From NCBI GenBank assembly GCA_013115145.1, contig JAAPAO010000308.1, positions 1 through 40,888 of the forward strand: a stretch of DNA of 40,888 nucleotides. The letters are read 5' to 3'. Under the pieces are notes generated by a model that ran no database searches, was not told where the DNA came from, and was given only the letters and a program-made list of their open reading frames with translations. Shown here piece after piece: positions 24,300 to 39,815 of the stretch (the first letter of the stretch is position 1; each line of letters begins with the position of its first letter). A program made the position numbers and the translations under genes. The DNA is from Perkinsus chesapeaki ATCC PRA-425. Its lineage: Eukaryota; Protista; Perkinsozoa.

Positions 24300-26490
24300 A
24301 AAGCTTGTGATGAGGGGAAAAGGTGAGGGAATCTATGCCGGTTGGTATGAGCGGACCTATGGGATAGGTGGACTAGTAGATTTCAGTGTCGAGCCAGTCA
24401 CTGACCAGGGTATGAAGGTAGGAGAGTCGAGCCTTGTTGTACGTTTCGAATCGATCGGGCAACACACTCGTATCTTGAAATAAGAATCAGTTAAGAAGCC
24501 TTGCATCGATTGCTTACCCCGCACATTTTCCAAACTAACCCCATAGACGGGTTCTGCACCAGTGTTATCGCCGTCAATCTATCATCTTTACTCCGTGGAA
24601 GATGTCCTCCATCCGAGAACGACAACTGCTTGACCAGGCCCCCCTCGACTGGCATCTGATAGGATACATTAGTATGAGCATTCTTGGGTAAGCTTACAAA
24701 ATAGCTGATATGTGCTCCTAGGACAGGTTCATCAAGTATCCACTTACCAACAGACCTGTAACATAGTATATGTCACAAGCCCATAATAAGTACTGCTACG
24801 GTACGGAGAAGGCTGTGGAAGACCCGTTCTGTATTTGCCTATCGCTTCTTTATTAAATATCATAGGGGCATCCAACAGATTGTCTGGTGGAAGCTCTAAA
24901 AGGGGCACTGTTCTTGTAGAAAGTGGTGACTCGTGCCCAAGTTACTGGCCCATGCAAAATTTTGTGCAAGAAATCTAGTTTGTAAAATAACTGGTAACGA
25001 GTCGTCCTTCGGCAGACAGTACTTAAATGTTGCGACCTGCTCAGCCGAAGGCATCTGAAAGGTTGTGAGCAAGTCTTCTCGTCGATCTATTCCTCGTCGA
25101 CATCTCCGTGAATGAACAAGGTAGAGCCGAGGTTGTCGCTGTACAGAAAGCTTCGATGTACTTATCCATCAGCATCGCCCTGCCAAACTGCTCGAATGAA
25201 TATCTGAGTCATCAATGGTTCCATCTCTGGCTTGCGATTGCTCTTACGTGTGTTCGTTCTTCCCTATATGCCTCTCGTATTTGAGGTTAGCTGAGTCGTC
25301 AAAACACTATATATGATTTTATGGCGGAATCTTTGGAATCTGAGAAGTGGGCTGAGAAATTAGGGAAAGAAAAGAAGACTGAAAACCTCGGGGAGTCCAA
25401 CACTGAACCGAGCATGATCGGCTTGTCCCACTTCCGAAGGGATTTCGTCGTCTTAATTATGACGAACACCTAGCACCGGATTAGATTCTCAACAGGTCTT
25501 GTTCAACGATAATATAAAACGTACTGGAAATTAAATTACGACATGTTTGCTGATTGGTCTGGTAATTATAAGGCGGAAGGTGTACTATAGCAAACCGAAA
25601 TCGGACGAAGAGTTTCTGTGAATCAGATTGAATCCTTTCGAATGTCATAAGAACCTCAAGAGAAGATAATACATGTATCCTTACATCAACAAGTGGATCT
25701 AGCTCATACAAGCGCATCTCTAAAATATCAAACTCATAAGCGAATAAGAATAAATCAACTATCTTCGCTGGTGTGGGCCTTGGGCCAGACATGGACCTGA
25801 GAAATTACAAGAAACAAATCATTCCGTGGGCCTTACGAGTTGCCAAGACAGTCCCATTTAAGTGGCCGATCCGGTGGCCGAGTGAGCTTCAGTGGCTTCG
25901 AGGACTCTGGCTCCCGGATAAGCAATGGTTGAAGTAAGCCTACGTAGCGGACAACCCAGGACTGAACAAAAAGTCGGTATGATCAAGCATACTGACGTAC
26001 TGTGAAGTTCGGATGGTGACTGTCGGGCAGTGCTTCCCAGTCAAAATGCTCACCAGCTCGTCGCGTTATATCACCGAACTCGGGGTTGACTTCCCATTGC
26101 ACTGAAAAATAAGACGATGAGCAGAGGGCTGAAGGGCTGCATTCTACCAAGCTTCCGGAGATCGACTTGGTGTTGTCTAGCACCTAGTATTCGCGATATA
26201 CCAACGCTACTGGCTTCTTGTACGCTATCAACCTAGCACGACACTAAAGCAATATCACGGAAAACTAGAAAGCTACCTTTAGTCGAAGCGAGGAGGCGGG
26301 CGAAGCCGACCGTATGGCGAAGTAAACGGAAAATGTGGCGCAAAGGCCGATGACGATGAGGAAGGAAGTCAGAAGATGCATTCTCGGGAACTGAGCACTC
26401 CATTGTGAGGTTTATCGGGACATCGACACACACCTTGCTGCTCTTTATTGGGTGCTTAGCTTCGACCGATTGTGATTTTACCATGGGCAT
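24300..26490 (-). pseudogene. GT17 (MGAT3-like) glycosyltransferase, decayed tandem paralog
   Basis: KIVDLFLFAYEFDILEMRLYEL, LFIHGDVDE and FPHLFP are present, exon-by-exon homologous to the neighbouring copy. It has a 1-bp deletion after YSVL, a second frameshift before STLFIHG, and a GA instead of GT donor at 25092. Confidence 0.7.
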
Positions 26491-26591
26491 CTTCTGGAGG
26501 AGCGAAGTTCCCACTGACCATGTTATCGATTACTAATAACACAACAATCAGTCTGAATAGGATACGGAGAAATTGTGTGTGACATGTCGGC

Positions 26592-29500
26592 TCAGGCTTT
26601 CCGATAATCAACGCATGAGTTGCATTTGCAATGGTCGTCTGAGGAGCCACACCATCCACCTGAGCTGGCAATTAGCAGCTGAATAGCCTCCCAGTCGTAC
26701 CCGGACTGCAACATGGGGCGGCACTTTTCGGGTTACATTCCGTGGGGCTGACATGAAAACCGTTCAGCGATATAAAGGAAAAAGCCTTACCTTCTACCGG
26801 AGGGATCGGCCAATTGAGGGCCACACCGCATGTCGTCGCGCCATCTTGGGAGGGAGGCAACGGAGCTGGCCGGCAATGCTCTGGGTTGAGATGGTTTCCT
26901 GAGATTGCTTGACATGTTTATGACTAGCTTCTTGTACTCACAGTCTTATTCCATTTTCATATGCCCATGCCAGAGCCCTGTCGAAATTAAGTCGATTTGT
27001 TTGTTGCTGCTTCCGGATATAATCACATGCCTGAGGAGATTACCTGGAGGAAGTGAACGCGGCGCGGGGGGCGTGCAGTGAAGCCCAAGTATGTCACGTC
27101 ACGCTAGGCTGTCGCACGGCTCGTGGTTGGAGCGCTCATTGCTGGAAACTCGAGCGGATGAGTTGTCAAAAGTTGGCCACTTTCCCACATTCCGCTCAAA
27201 GGCTCAATAGACAACGCGAAAACTGCATACGAAGGATTTTCAGTATCCTCAATCTTATGGGTTGTGCATGCGTACATCTGACAGCAGGTGCTGTGACCGG
27301 CCCTTGCAGAAAGCTTACCCGCAGTTGGTATTCAGACGGAAACATGTAAGGATACCTTTGGCGATTCAGGTCAGCATACCTGCCGTACAGTAAAGGGTTG
27401 TTCAGCGGGCTAAATCCTCACCAAGGTATCCAAGCATCTTCAACTCGGGCAGTTCGGCTGCTTTGAGCATCATCCCAGCAGCACACTCTGATCTGAGAGA
27501 CGCTGCTTCCTTATCAAGTGTCAATGCTCACCCCACAGGCCCTCCACACGTCAGCCATGGACGGATTCTTAGCAAGGGCGATGGCGATGCCTAGTTAACA
27601 CAAGGCTGAGGGGAGCTTCATCAATCTACGCGACCTGCGTTTATCATCTTCGCTTCTTTCTATTATTCCACCGTCAGAAAACGACAGCTGCTTTAGAAGA
27701 TCGCTCTCCGCTGGCATCTGTCGACTCCATGTGATTCGATCATTCGTCGTTTAGTAACTCACAAAGAAGCTCATGTGTGCGCCCCTTGTTGGATGGTCCA
27801 TCATCCAGTGCCCTTTGGTTCTAACGGTAATCATAAGCATTGTCAGTGGCCTCAAAACCGCTCACCGGGCTGGCAAACGTGCTCCTGATATCGGATGCTT
27901 TTGCATGTTATTTCTATCAAATATATTCGGGAAGGTGAGGTCAGCCATGTCCGCTCCTGAGGTAGGCCAGTAGTCCATGATGTAGGAGTTTCAACGTTAA
28001 CTTCTCCATGCGAAGTTCATTGCTAAAAATCTGGTCGGTAGGGCGACTGGGTACCGTGTATCTTTCGGTTGGCAGTACTTGAAGGGTGCCACCTGCTCCC
28101 CCGCTGGCATCTAATAAGGTACAACTTTATTCGAATTTTAAGTTTACATAATGATGATCCAAATGATACTAAGTATGTGGAGGCAGCGCTCGCTAACACA
28201 GCTGTATTGATCTTGCATTGATCTACCACAGCTGTATACCAGCGCTGTATTGATCTTTGTTGTAGTAGCGTTCGCCTCATTAGCTATATGGATTGATCGA
28301 CGAGAGACGGAGACGTATTTATCTCCGTGGTCTTTATCCATCACGCTATAATGCTGTATCAACAACAAATATGCCCGTGTTGTGTGGTAGTCTATATTCG
28401 ACCAAAGAGCCAGTACCCGATCGAACACACATTATCGCCCGATTAGTTCAGCTGGATAGAATGTCTGCCTACGGAGCAGATGGTCGTAGGTTCGAATCCT
28501 GCATCGGGTATTTTAACCAGCAAAAATAGTCCCATCAAACACGCGATATCCCCACCTCATCCATGTCCCCATGAATGAACAAAGTATTGTCATCCGGCTC
28601 TCCGAATGCCTCCACATATTTCTCAAACAGAAACCCTCGTGTGAAGGTCTCCAATGCGTATCTAATTGAATAGTGTACATGACTCCAACTTCAACTCCAC
28701 CGCAAAGACCAACCAAGTGGCGTCTCAGGTGGCGTCAACTTTACTTGCCTGTCCTCGGGGCGACCATGCATCATGCCATCTACCCTTTGTACAGCGGCAT
28801 CATCCAAAACACTATAAAGTATCTTATTGCGAAACTTTTCAAACCTATTCAAGCCCTGGTAGCTCAGCAGCTCAGCTGTGAACCATCGGTACCTCTTAGA
28901 TCCGAGGGCCGACCCGAGCAACAGAGGCTTCCGCCACTTTTTGAACGCCCTTGTTGATTCCACAATAACGAATACCTACGAGAGCCTTTTTTACCATGGA
29001 ACAGTGATGCGGCTACATCAACAACAGAGTGGAGCTCGTGGAAGCGAACTTCGAGAATGTCAAGTTCGTAAGCAAAGGGCAGAAGGTCGACGATGCGCGC
29101 TGGTGAGGGCCGTTTGCCCGACATATACCTGAATGACCGTTTCGTCTACCAGCTTCACGACACTCTACGGATTGCTCTGGCAGTCCCATTGCAGTTTTCG
29201 CGTTGGTGGTCTGTCGGATACTGTAGCTTCCATGGGGGGCTCCATGGCTAACCTCTGTTGTAGCAAGGACACATACCTTTTCACCCACACCTATACGAAA
29301 TGCCATAGATCTCCCTCAAATGCAGATTGTGCACCGACTTCATTATCAACGTGTCTTCGGTCTACCAAGGCATCCCAATTGAAGTCGCTCCCTGCTGCTC
29401 GCTCCAACTTCTCAAACTCAGGATTGACTTCCCATTCGCCTGTCATTCTTCTGGACGACCCTCTGGAGAGCTCCGGCCTACCAAATTCGTTTAGGTCCAC

Positions 29501-30470
29501 CTGGCCGGCGTCCATCCACATCAGGTCCCCTTTGTCTAGGATGCTCTCTGCCGTCACGGGCGACCCCTCTGACAGAAGACACCTCGTCGAGGGCAAGCCT
29601 ATCTGCATCACACCTGCTGTTCTATCGCAGGGCTGACGCTTTTCAAGCTTGTTAACGGTGGCACGGGCATCCTCTAATTCACGGGACTTGGCCTTCAGCT
29701 CAAGTTTTAGTTTGTCGATTCCATCCTACAAAGAAAGCATCGAAGTATCTGGACACAAAGCTGTCCCAGTAATTGCCTCTGAAGTCGGCGGCGTCGACGG
29801 TGATCCGCCACGAGGCCCAGTCGGCTGACGAAGGTCTCGAAGAAGTTGTTCCAACTTGGCCAGTATCTGCGTTGTCTAATTATTGGCGCATGGGATAGAT
29901 AATTGTTAATGCATTAATCTTCCATTGACCTGGACTCCAGGTCCTGGAGTGGAAAAAAAGTAACGCATGTCTGTTTTTTCACAGAGAACGTTTCCTCTAT
30001 CTATGTACCAGTAACATATTTTCTATCGAACTTTAAACTACATCTCGGCTGAGTAACATATTTTCTATCAAACTTTGAACTACATCTCGGCTGAGTAACA
30101 TATTTTCTATCAAACTTTACAGTAGACCTCCGCACTAGTAAAATACTTCCTATCAAGCTTGCTATATCTCCAAGCTAAGAACGCTATCTGCACCAGTTCT
30201 CTGAACACATTCCCATATGACTGGGAGAAATCGTGGCCATAGACGGCAATGCTTGATGAGAGTTGTTATCACATCATCAGTGCTCGGTTGGAGAAACGCT
30301 TCATCGTTATTCCCCATGGATCCCCTCAAGGGTAGCATAATTATATACAGTGCCGCTGGTATGACAGCAAGAAGCAGGCAAGTGCTCACACCAACCGAAC
30401 GCCGCTGCGCTTCCTTCGTGGCTGAGCCAGGAGTCTGAGGGTATCTTAGCTCCAACCGTGCATGATACAA
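26592..30470 (-). CDS. GT17 (beta-1,4-GlcNAc transferase-like) with C-terminal Cys-rich hevein/chitin-binding-like domain; 5' end uncertain
   Basis: Exons give RIVDLLPFAYELDILEVRFHEL, ESTRAFKKWRKPLLL, LFIHGDMDE|MP, WIPWYADLNRQRYPYMFP, then WRDDMRCGPQLADPSG-SPTECNPKSAAPCCSPGGWCGSSDDHCKCNSCVDYRKA*. A signal-anchor-like stretch (TCLLLAVIPAALYIIMLPL) lies near 30330-30400. Confidence 0.72.
28437..28510 (+). tRNA. tRNA-Arg (ACG)
   Basis: Acceptor GCCCGAT/ATCGGGT plus discriminator A; D-arm GTTC/GAAT; anticodon arm TCTGC-CTACGGA-GCAGA; T-arm GTAGG-TTCGAAT-CCTGC. Confidence 0.95.
28511..28514 (+). terminator. Probable Pol III terminator of the tRNA
   Basis: A TTTT run follows immediately after the discriminator base. 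Confidence 0.55.
29928..29949. repeat. 22-bp scar, inferred 8-mer ACCTGGAG (perfect)
   Basis: acctgga-c-tccagg-t-cctggag. Confidence 0.9.
30010..30160. repeat. 42-bp minisatellite, about 3.5 copies
   Basis: The unit agtaacatattttctatcaaactttgaactacatctcggctg starts at 30010, 30052 and 30094, with a diverged partial copy at 30137. Confidence 0.9.
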
Positions 30471-30717
30471 GGCACCTCATCGTATCGGGAGTGGCCTCCA
30501 CAACTGATTCCGCTTGCGGTTGATGAGGCTAGACTGCTCGTCCTGCTTCGTGTAGAGCTCGTGATACCCAAAGGCATCGCGAATGATTTGTACAACAACA
30601 AACGGTTTCTTTTCGACTGTCGGCTCCTTTTGCCGAAAAAGCGTCGCGTTCACTAAGGGAGCGAGGTGAAGAGAAACATAGGGAACTCCTTGGCCTAGCT
30701 GGATGGCTTCTACATTC

Positions 30718-30966
30718 GACATCCGTGCATTTCGAATTCATGTATCGATATTTTAGACTAGCCAGCCGCACAACACTTCCCGGTGAGGGTTTCACATAAT
30801 TTATTCCATACAAATGGTCATAGAGGAACGTCAGTAGTTCCCAGGATGAATGGATTTGATATCTGTAACCGTGAAAGGATTTCATCTGCCTTCGCATAAG
30901 AAACTCATTTCTATCCTGGAGGGATATATTCTATAAGGCGAGATGATTTACGGATTCGACAGGCTT
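30718..30966. repeat. 249-bp direct repeat, copy 1
   Basis: Matches 34237-34485 with three substitutions seen by eye. Confidence 0.95.
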
Positions 30967-30981
30967 GAAGCCTGAGGCTTC
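30960..30981. repeat. 22-bp scar, inferred 8-mer CAGGCTTC (perfect)
   Basis: caggctt-g-aagcct-g-aggcttc; the paralogous position in repeat copy 2 reads a single CAGGCTTC. Confidence 0.92.
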
Positions 30982-31492
30982 AGAGAACTGGTGATTTGTA
31001 CGACAAACCGAAAAAACACTAAGGTGCCGCATTCCTGCAAAACTTACAATTATCAGCCAATTATAGGAAACTTAGTGCGCATGGCAATCAGTCCCAATAT
31101 CCAAATAACCCAGAATCTCAGTGACATACTCCACTCGCTAATTAATAAACTCAAGCAGCAGAAAGGTCCAAAGACTCGATGATAGAGACGGTCCCATTTA
31201 TAGCATAGCACGGAAACTAGGACTTCATCTGGCCTCTTACAGAAAAATGTTCCTAGAGGCCAAATAAGTAATACTAATGGGAAGACACAGCAAGAATTTA
31301 TCTACAAGAAATGTGGCCAACATCAAATAGATCCTTGTGGAAACGTTTTGTGTTCCTCAATGACTCCCTGAGCTTGGCGCTAGGACGAAATCTAAAGTCC
31401 ATATGTTGGATAGCAATACAAAAATACGACACTTCACCTCGACTTACAGAGAGTGACCCTGAGTGGACCTATACATTGTTAGTTAGTAGAAG

Positions 31493-33196
31493 CTAGAAAA
31501 GGACAGGACCAGCACGCCAAATATCCCAACGATGATTCCAGGATTTACCCCAGAAAAAGATCCTTATCCAGGCGTTGAAGTTGACACCAGAGAGGAACTC
31601 CCACTTATTGGCAAGGTTCTCGACAGTGTTACCAGTGACATCAACCGATACACCAGCCCCTGCGAGCCATAGGGATATGTCAGTGCCGATCCTTCCGTAA
31701 GCGGTGATGTCGTTGTGGGGCCTCGCAGTAACACTGAAGTAAGCTGATATTCTCCAGTTAATGATGCTTCCTAATACAGGGACATTGACGTTGAAGCTGA
31801 CCGCGATATCCACTGAACCGGAGAAGGTGCGCAAGTCTGCCTGCAAGAGATTTTCACCGGAACCTTCGCCTACAATACAAACGTCAATAGAGAGACTGAA
31901 TCCTGCACCAAGTTGGAATACGACAACGCAGCCACTGGCCTCAAACCTTAGATCAAGGACCTTACCTTCAGAGCCCTTTGTTAAGGTTACAGATAAAAAT
32001 AATGATGCTGTTCTATCTGGCTTGTTAACATCAACAAAGGCGATACCAGCCTCAACAGTAAGCGAGGTCTGGATGCTACCATCATATGGTGATTCTGATA
32101 CAGTTGTAGCAACCAAGGCATGAAGACAAAATTTTGCATCGCGTCCTCTCTTGGTTTTGCAGCCGCGAGGAAACTGGAAGTTGACGGATAGAAGGAGATC
32201 TCTTCTTTTGCCAGCGTGAAAGAAGTAATCAGCAGCGGAACCCTTCTCGATAGTGAAGTACTCGATACCCTTGAACCCTCGTCTGAGACGCCGGCCTTTA
32301 GGCATCCAGTCGTAATCCTCATCATTCTCGAAGAATTCTCGCGCTTGCTCGGGGATGACATCGACTTCCATGTGCTTGGTATCCACATAGGGGGCTTTCA
32401 TATCTCCAGGGGGAGCAGTAGACTTAGAGCGAGAGGTATCGATATCATAAGTATAATACATCTCGTTCATAGCCTCATCAACATTAACACTATCATCGAG
32501 AGCTTCCCAGCTATCGAAGGTAGTCTCCTGGAAAATCTCACCAGCTTGGTAGGTGTTCAGACTGATGAGTTTAGATGGCCTGTCAGCGAGGTAGTCGATA
32601 TACAGGATCCATACATTAGGCACAAGACCAGTCTGATAAAGTGCTGTATAGTTGGTGCCATCATTGGGGTTTACACCCTCAGGACCATAACGAACCCACT
32701 TAATAAAGAGTTGGAAATCGATTATCTCATCGCCTTCATTGATCCATCCATCTTCCTCAAGCTTCTCAGAGTTATGAGCAGCAGCGGCGAGCATACGCTC
32801 AGTGCCGTGCGTCTCCTCCATAACAGTGCGAGCAGTGTTCATGAACATTTGGTCAACCCTATGGACCTTCGGAGTGTCAACATGCATCATATACTGATAG
32901 GGGCGGCTTGGGGAGGCCTCGACACTAACTTGACCATCCTTAGTAACGATAACATCTTCTCTTGTTGTGAGACTGCCGTCCTCCATACCAGGCATAGTAA
33001 GACCATAAGTCTCTCTCGCCATGGATTTACCACAAGGTGCTGGGTTATCATGAGAGTCAACAAGGTTCTTGTTACAATACTTAACGGTAGTGGTCTGGAA
33101 ATGCGCGTTAGTAGCCTTGAAAGCAACAACGACTTGCAGCAGCACTCCGGGTAAGACGAGCAACAAAGGAAATATATTGTAGGTCATGAAGGACAC
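31493..33196 (-). CDS. Secreted 567-aa hypothetical protein, intronless
   Basis: Uninterrupted ORF with a signal peptide (FPLLLVLPGVLLQVVVA), a central multibasic GRRLRRG site and a beta-strand-like C-terminal half with an aromatic tail. Confidence 0.85.
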   Translation of the reverse strand: MSFMTYNIFPLLLVLPGVLLQVVVAFKATNAHFQTTTVKYCNKNLVDSHDNPAPCGKSMARETYGLTMPGMEDGSLTTREDVIVTKDGQVSVEASPSRPYQYMMHVDTPKVHRVDQMFMNTARTVMEETHGTERMLAAAAHNSEKLEEDGWINEGDEIIDFQLFIKWVRYGPEGVNPNDGTNYTALYQTGLVPNVWILYIDYLADRPSKLISLNTYQAGEIFQETTFDSWEALDDSVNVDEAMNEMYYTYDIDTSRSKSTAPPGDMKAPYVDTKHMEVDVIPEQAREFFENDEDYDWMPKGRRLRRGFKGIEYFTIEKGSAADYFFHAGKRRDLLLSVNFQFPRGCKTKRGRDAKFCLHALVATTVSESPYDGSIQTSLTVEAGIAFVDVNKPDRTASLFLSVTLTKGSEGKVLDLRFEASGCVVVFQLGAGFSLSIDVCIVGEGSGENLLQADLRTFSGSVDIAVSFNVNVPVLGSIINWRISAYFSVTARPHNDITAYGRIGTDISLWLAGAGVSVDVTGNTVENLANKWEFLSGVNFNAWIRIFFWGKSWNHRWDIWRAGPVLF

Positions 33197-34236
33197 TATC
33201 GGGAAAAGTAGGAATCTTGAACCTGAGACGTTACTTACGACTTATCGCATTTTTATCCGAACTTCTGCTTCGTTCGGGCACCTTACTAGGCTTCCCTTCT
33301 CCCCTACACGCATACTCATTATCCTGTGTGGTATTCCTTGGGAGCCTTAGTGTCTGGCTAATGTTACCCCTTCATATGTAGCGCCCATCACACTGTGAAG
33401 AGGAGCTTAATCAATAATTTTATCATCCAATCCTTCCGCATTTCCGACTTGGTTCATCGTCGGGGTTCCCACCTGGTACCGTCCGGCTTACGGCTTTACC
33501 GAAACCTCTACACTGGGCCGTGAAGCCTCCGCACGCGTAGTGCGCAGGAGCCCTCGATTTCGTACGTGCAAGAAGATATCGACAGCTGACAAGGGAGAGT
33601 TACTTGCCGAGGTCAATGGTGTTTGTTTTCTATATTCTGCATAGTGATATTGCATACGCAGAACGCTGACAAAGTATTTGGCCCAAGATAACCCGTGGAC
33701 GATTGACAACAAGCGTTACGATTCCATCTTACTGGCTCGTTTGAGCTAAAACGTACTGTTACAGGGCGAATTGCACCACCTGGTGTAAGGCTTGGGTTTT
33801 CCTATCTACAATGTTCAAAAACCTTTGGCCACCATCACTCTGCCTGATGCCGGACCCTGTATGTGGAACTTTCCATCGTCCGTCATGGAAGTGGTTAAAG
33901 CCGGGTTCCGAAATATAGTGCCTTCTAGCCCGGACGTTCCTCTGCACGTCTCCTGCGCCGATCGATATCTTGATGCTCGGCTAGCAATGGCCCGACTAAC
34001 GACAATGCCGTGACAGTATCGCTGCCTCCCCCAGCGCTTTGCAGCAGACTGGTTCCCTTGCCGGGCAGCAAGGCCCGTAAAGCCTTCAGGCGGCAGGGGC
34101 CGCTGAAAGCGCGTGCCAACTACTACGTGTGCAGCAGGAGGAGGAGCGCATCGTAACTAAGGAGGCAGCTGACGCCCATTGCCACGAGTCGAGTTGGGCG
34201 CACCGTTAGTTCCTCTCATGGTGCGCATACTCCATG

Positions 34237-34485
34237 GACATCCGTGCATTTCGAATTCATGTATCGATATTTTAGACTAGCCAGCCGCACAACACTTCCC
34301 GGTGAGGGTTTCACATAATTTATTCCATACAAATGGTCATAGAGGAACGTCAGTAGTTCCCAGGAGGAATGGATTTGATATCTGTAACCGTGAAAGGATT
34401 CCATCTGCCTTCGCATAAGAAACTCATTTCTATCCTGGAGGGATATATTCTATAAGGCGAGATGATTTACGGACTCGACAGGCTT
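34237..34485. repeat. 249-bp direct repeat, copy 2
   Basis: See copy 1. Confidence 0.95.
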
Positions 34486-34680
34486 CGGGTATGCATTCCA
34501 TAATAATGGAAGGCAACTGCCTCCTGCTTACAGTGGTTTAAGTTTTATTGTCGCGCTTGAACCACTCTCACCTTAGACGGTTAATTAACAAGCCAACATC
34601 AGGAATAACTACGTAAGAAATACATATTATTAAGGAGGAACAGTAAAGTACGTGAAGGTGGTGCTGGTGGTGGTGGTCTA

Positions 34681-39111
<4,431 letters not shown>

Positions 39112-39690
39112 TTACAATAACTACCCCTGCCGTACAGTATGAAAGGTATGCCCGCTGGATTCATGTAGGTTGATCGATTACTAGTTCGATGCATTACTCA
39201 GTCTGGTGAGTGAACAATCGACTCGTGAGAAGGCCTCCACGCTCATTCCCTCTCCACCTGCCCCGATGGGTACAAAAGTCCGATGAGTGGCGGCGTTACA
39301 AGATAACACAAGCGGAATACAATTATGTTCCGTGAACTTTGAATATCATGTTCCACATCAGTTGCTCCAAGAGCGAAGAGAAATTCCAAGGGCAGTCAGT
39401 TAGTACAGACCACCTGCGCAGCACATCACGCTTCTCAACAGTGAGTTTCTTGCACTTGCACGAAAGCTAACGCATGCGTAGTGATAAGGTAGGTATGCCA
39501 CCATACATGGCATAGTATTAATACATAGAGATGGGCACCGTAACGGCCACGGTACGGCACGGTTTAAGGGATCCGTGGCCCAGTACGGAACGACTTGAGG
39601 TATTGCATATTACGACGCGTCACGCGCGTCATAGTGGAAAAGCATTATCTTCGAAAGGCAAACAGCAAAACGCACGAGTCCGAAGGGCAG

Positions 39691-39712
39691 CCAGGGAGTC
39701 CCTGGCAGGGAC
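39691..39712. repeat. 22-bp scar, inferred 8-mer CCAGGGAC (perfect)
   Basis: ccaggga-g-tccctg-g-cagggac. Confidence 0.9.
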
Positions 39713-39815
39713 AGTAGCCTATCTCGTTTGGGATAGCGTAGTCGTAGCACAGCAGTTATGGAGTAGTACACCGTGCACTAGATCACCCACAATCGGTCGA
39801 ATGATCAACCTTAAC

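Noticed and set aside
25055-25092. GA-AG intron as a functional non-canonical splice site
   Set aside because: The host copy has independent frameshifts, so donor decay is the simpler explanation.
30010-30160. CRISPR-like repeat-spacer appearance
   Set aside because: The first two 'spacers' are nearly identical, so this is a tandem minisatellite. The context is eukaryotic with no cas genes.
32216-33154. 312-aa ORF on the + strand
   Set aside because: It lies wholly antisense to the 567-aa gene and is most simply a codon-bias shadow.
30718-34485. LTR retrotransposon
   Set aside because: No TG/CA termini, PBS/PPT, TSD or gag-pol between the repeats.
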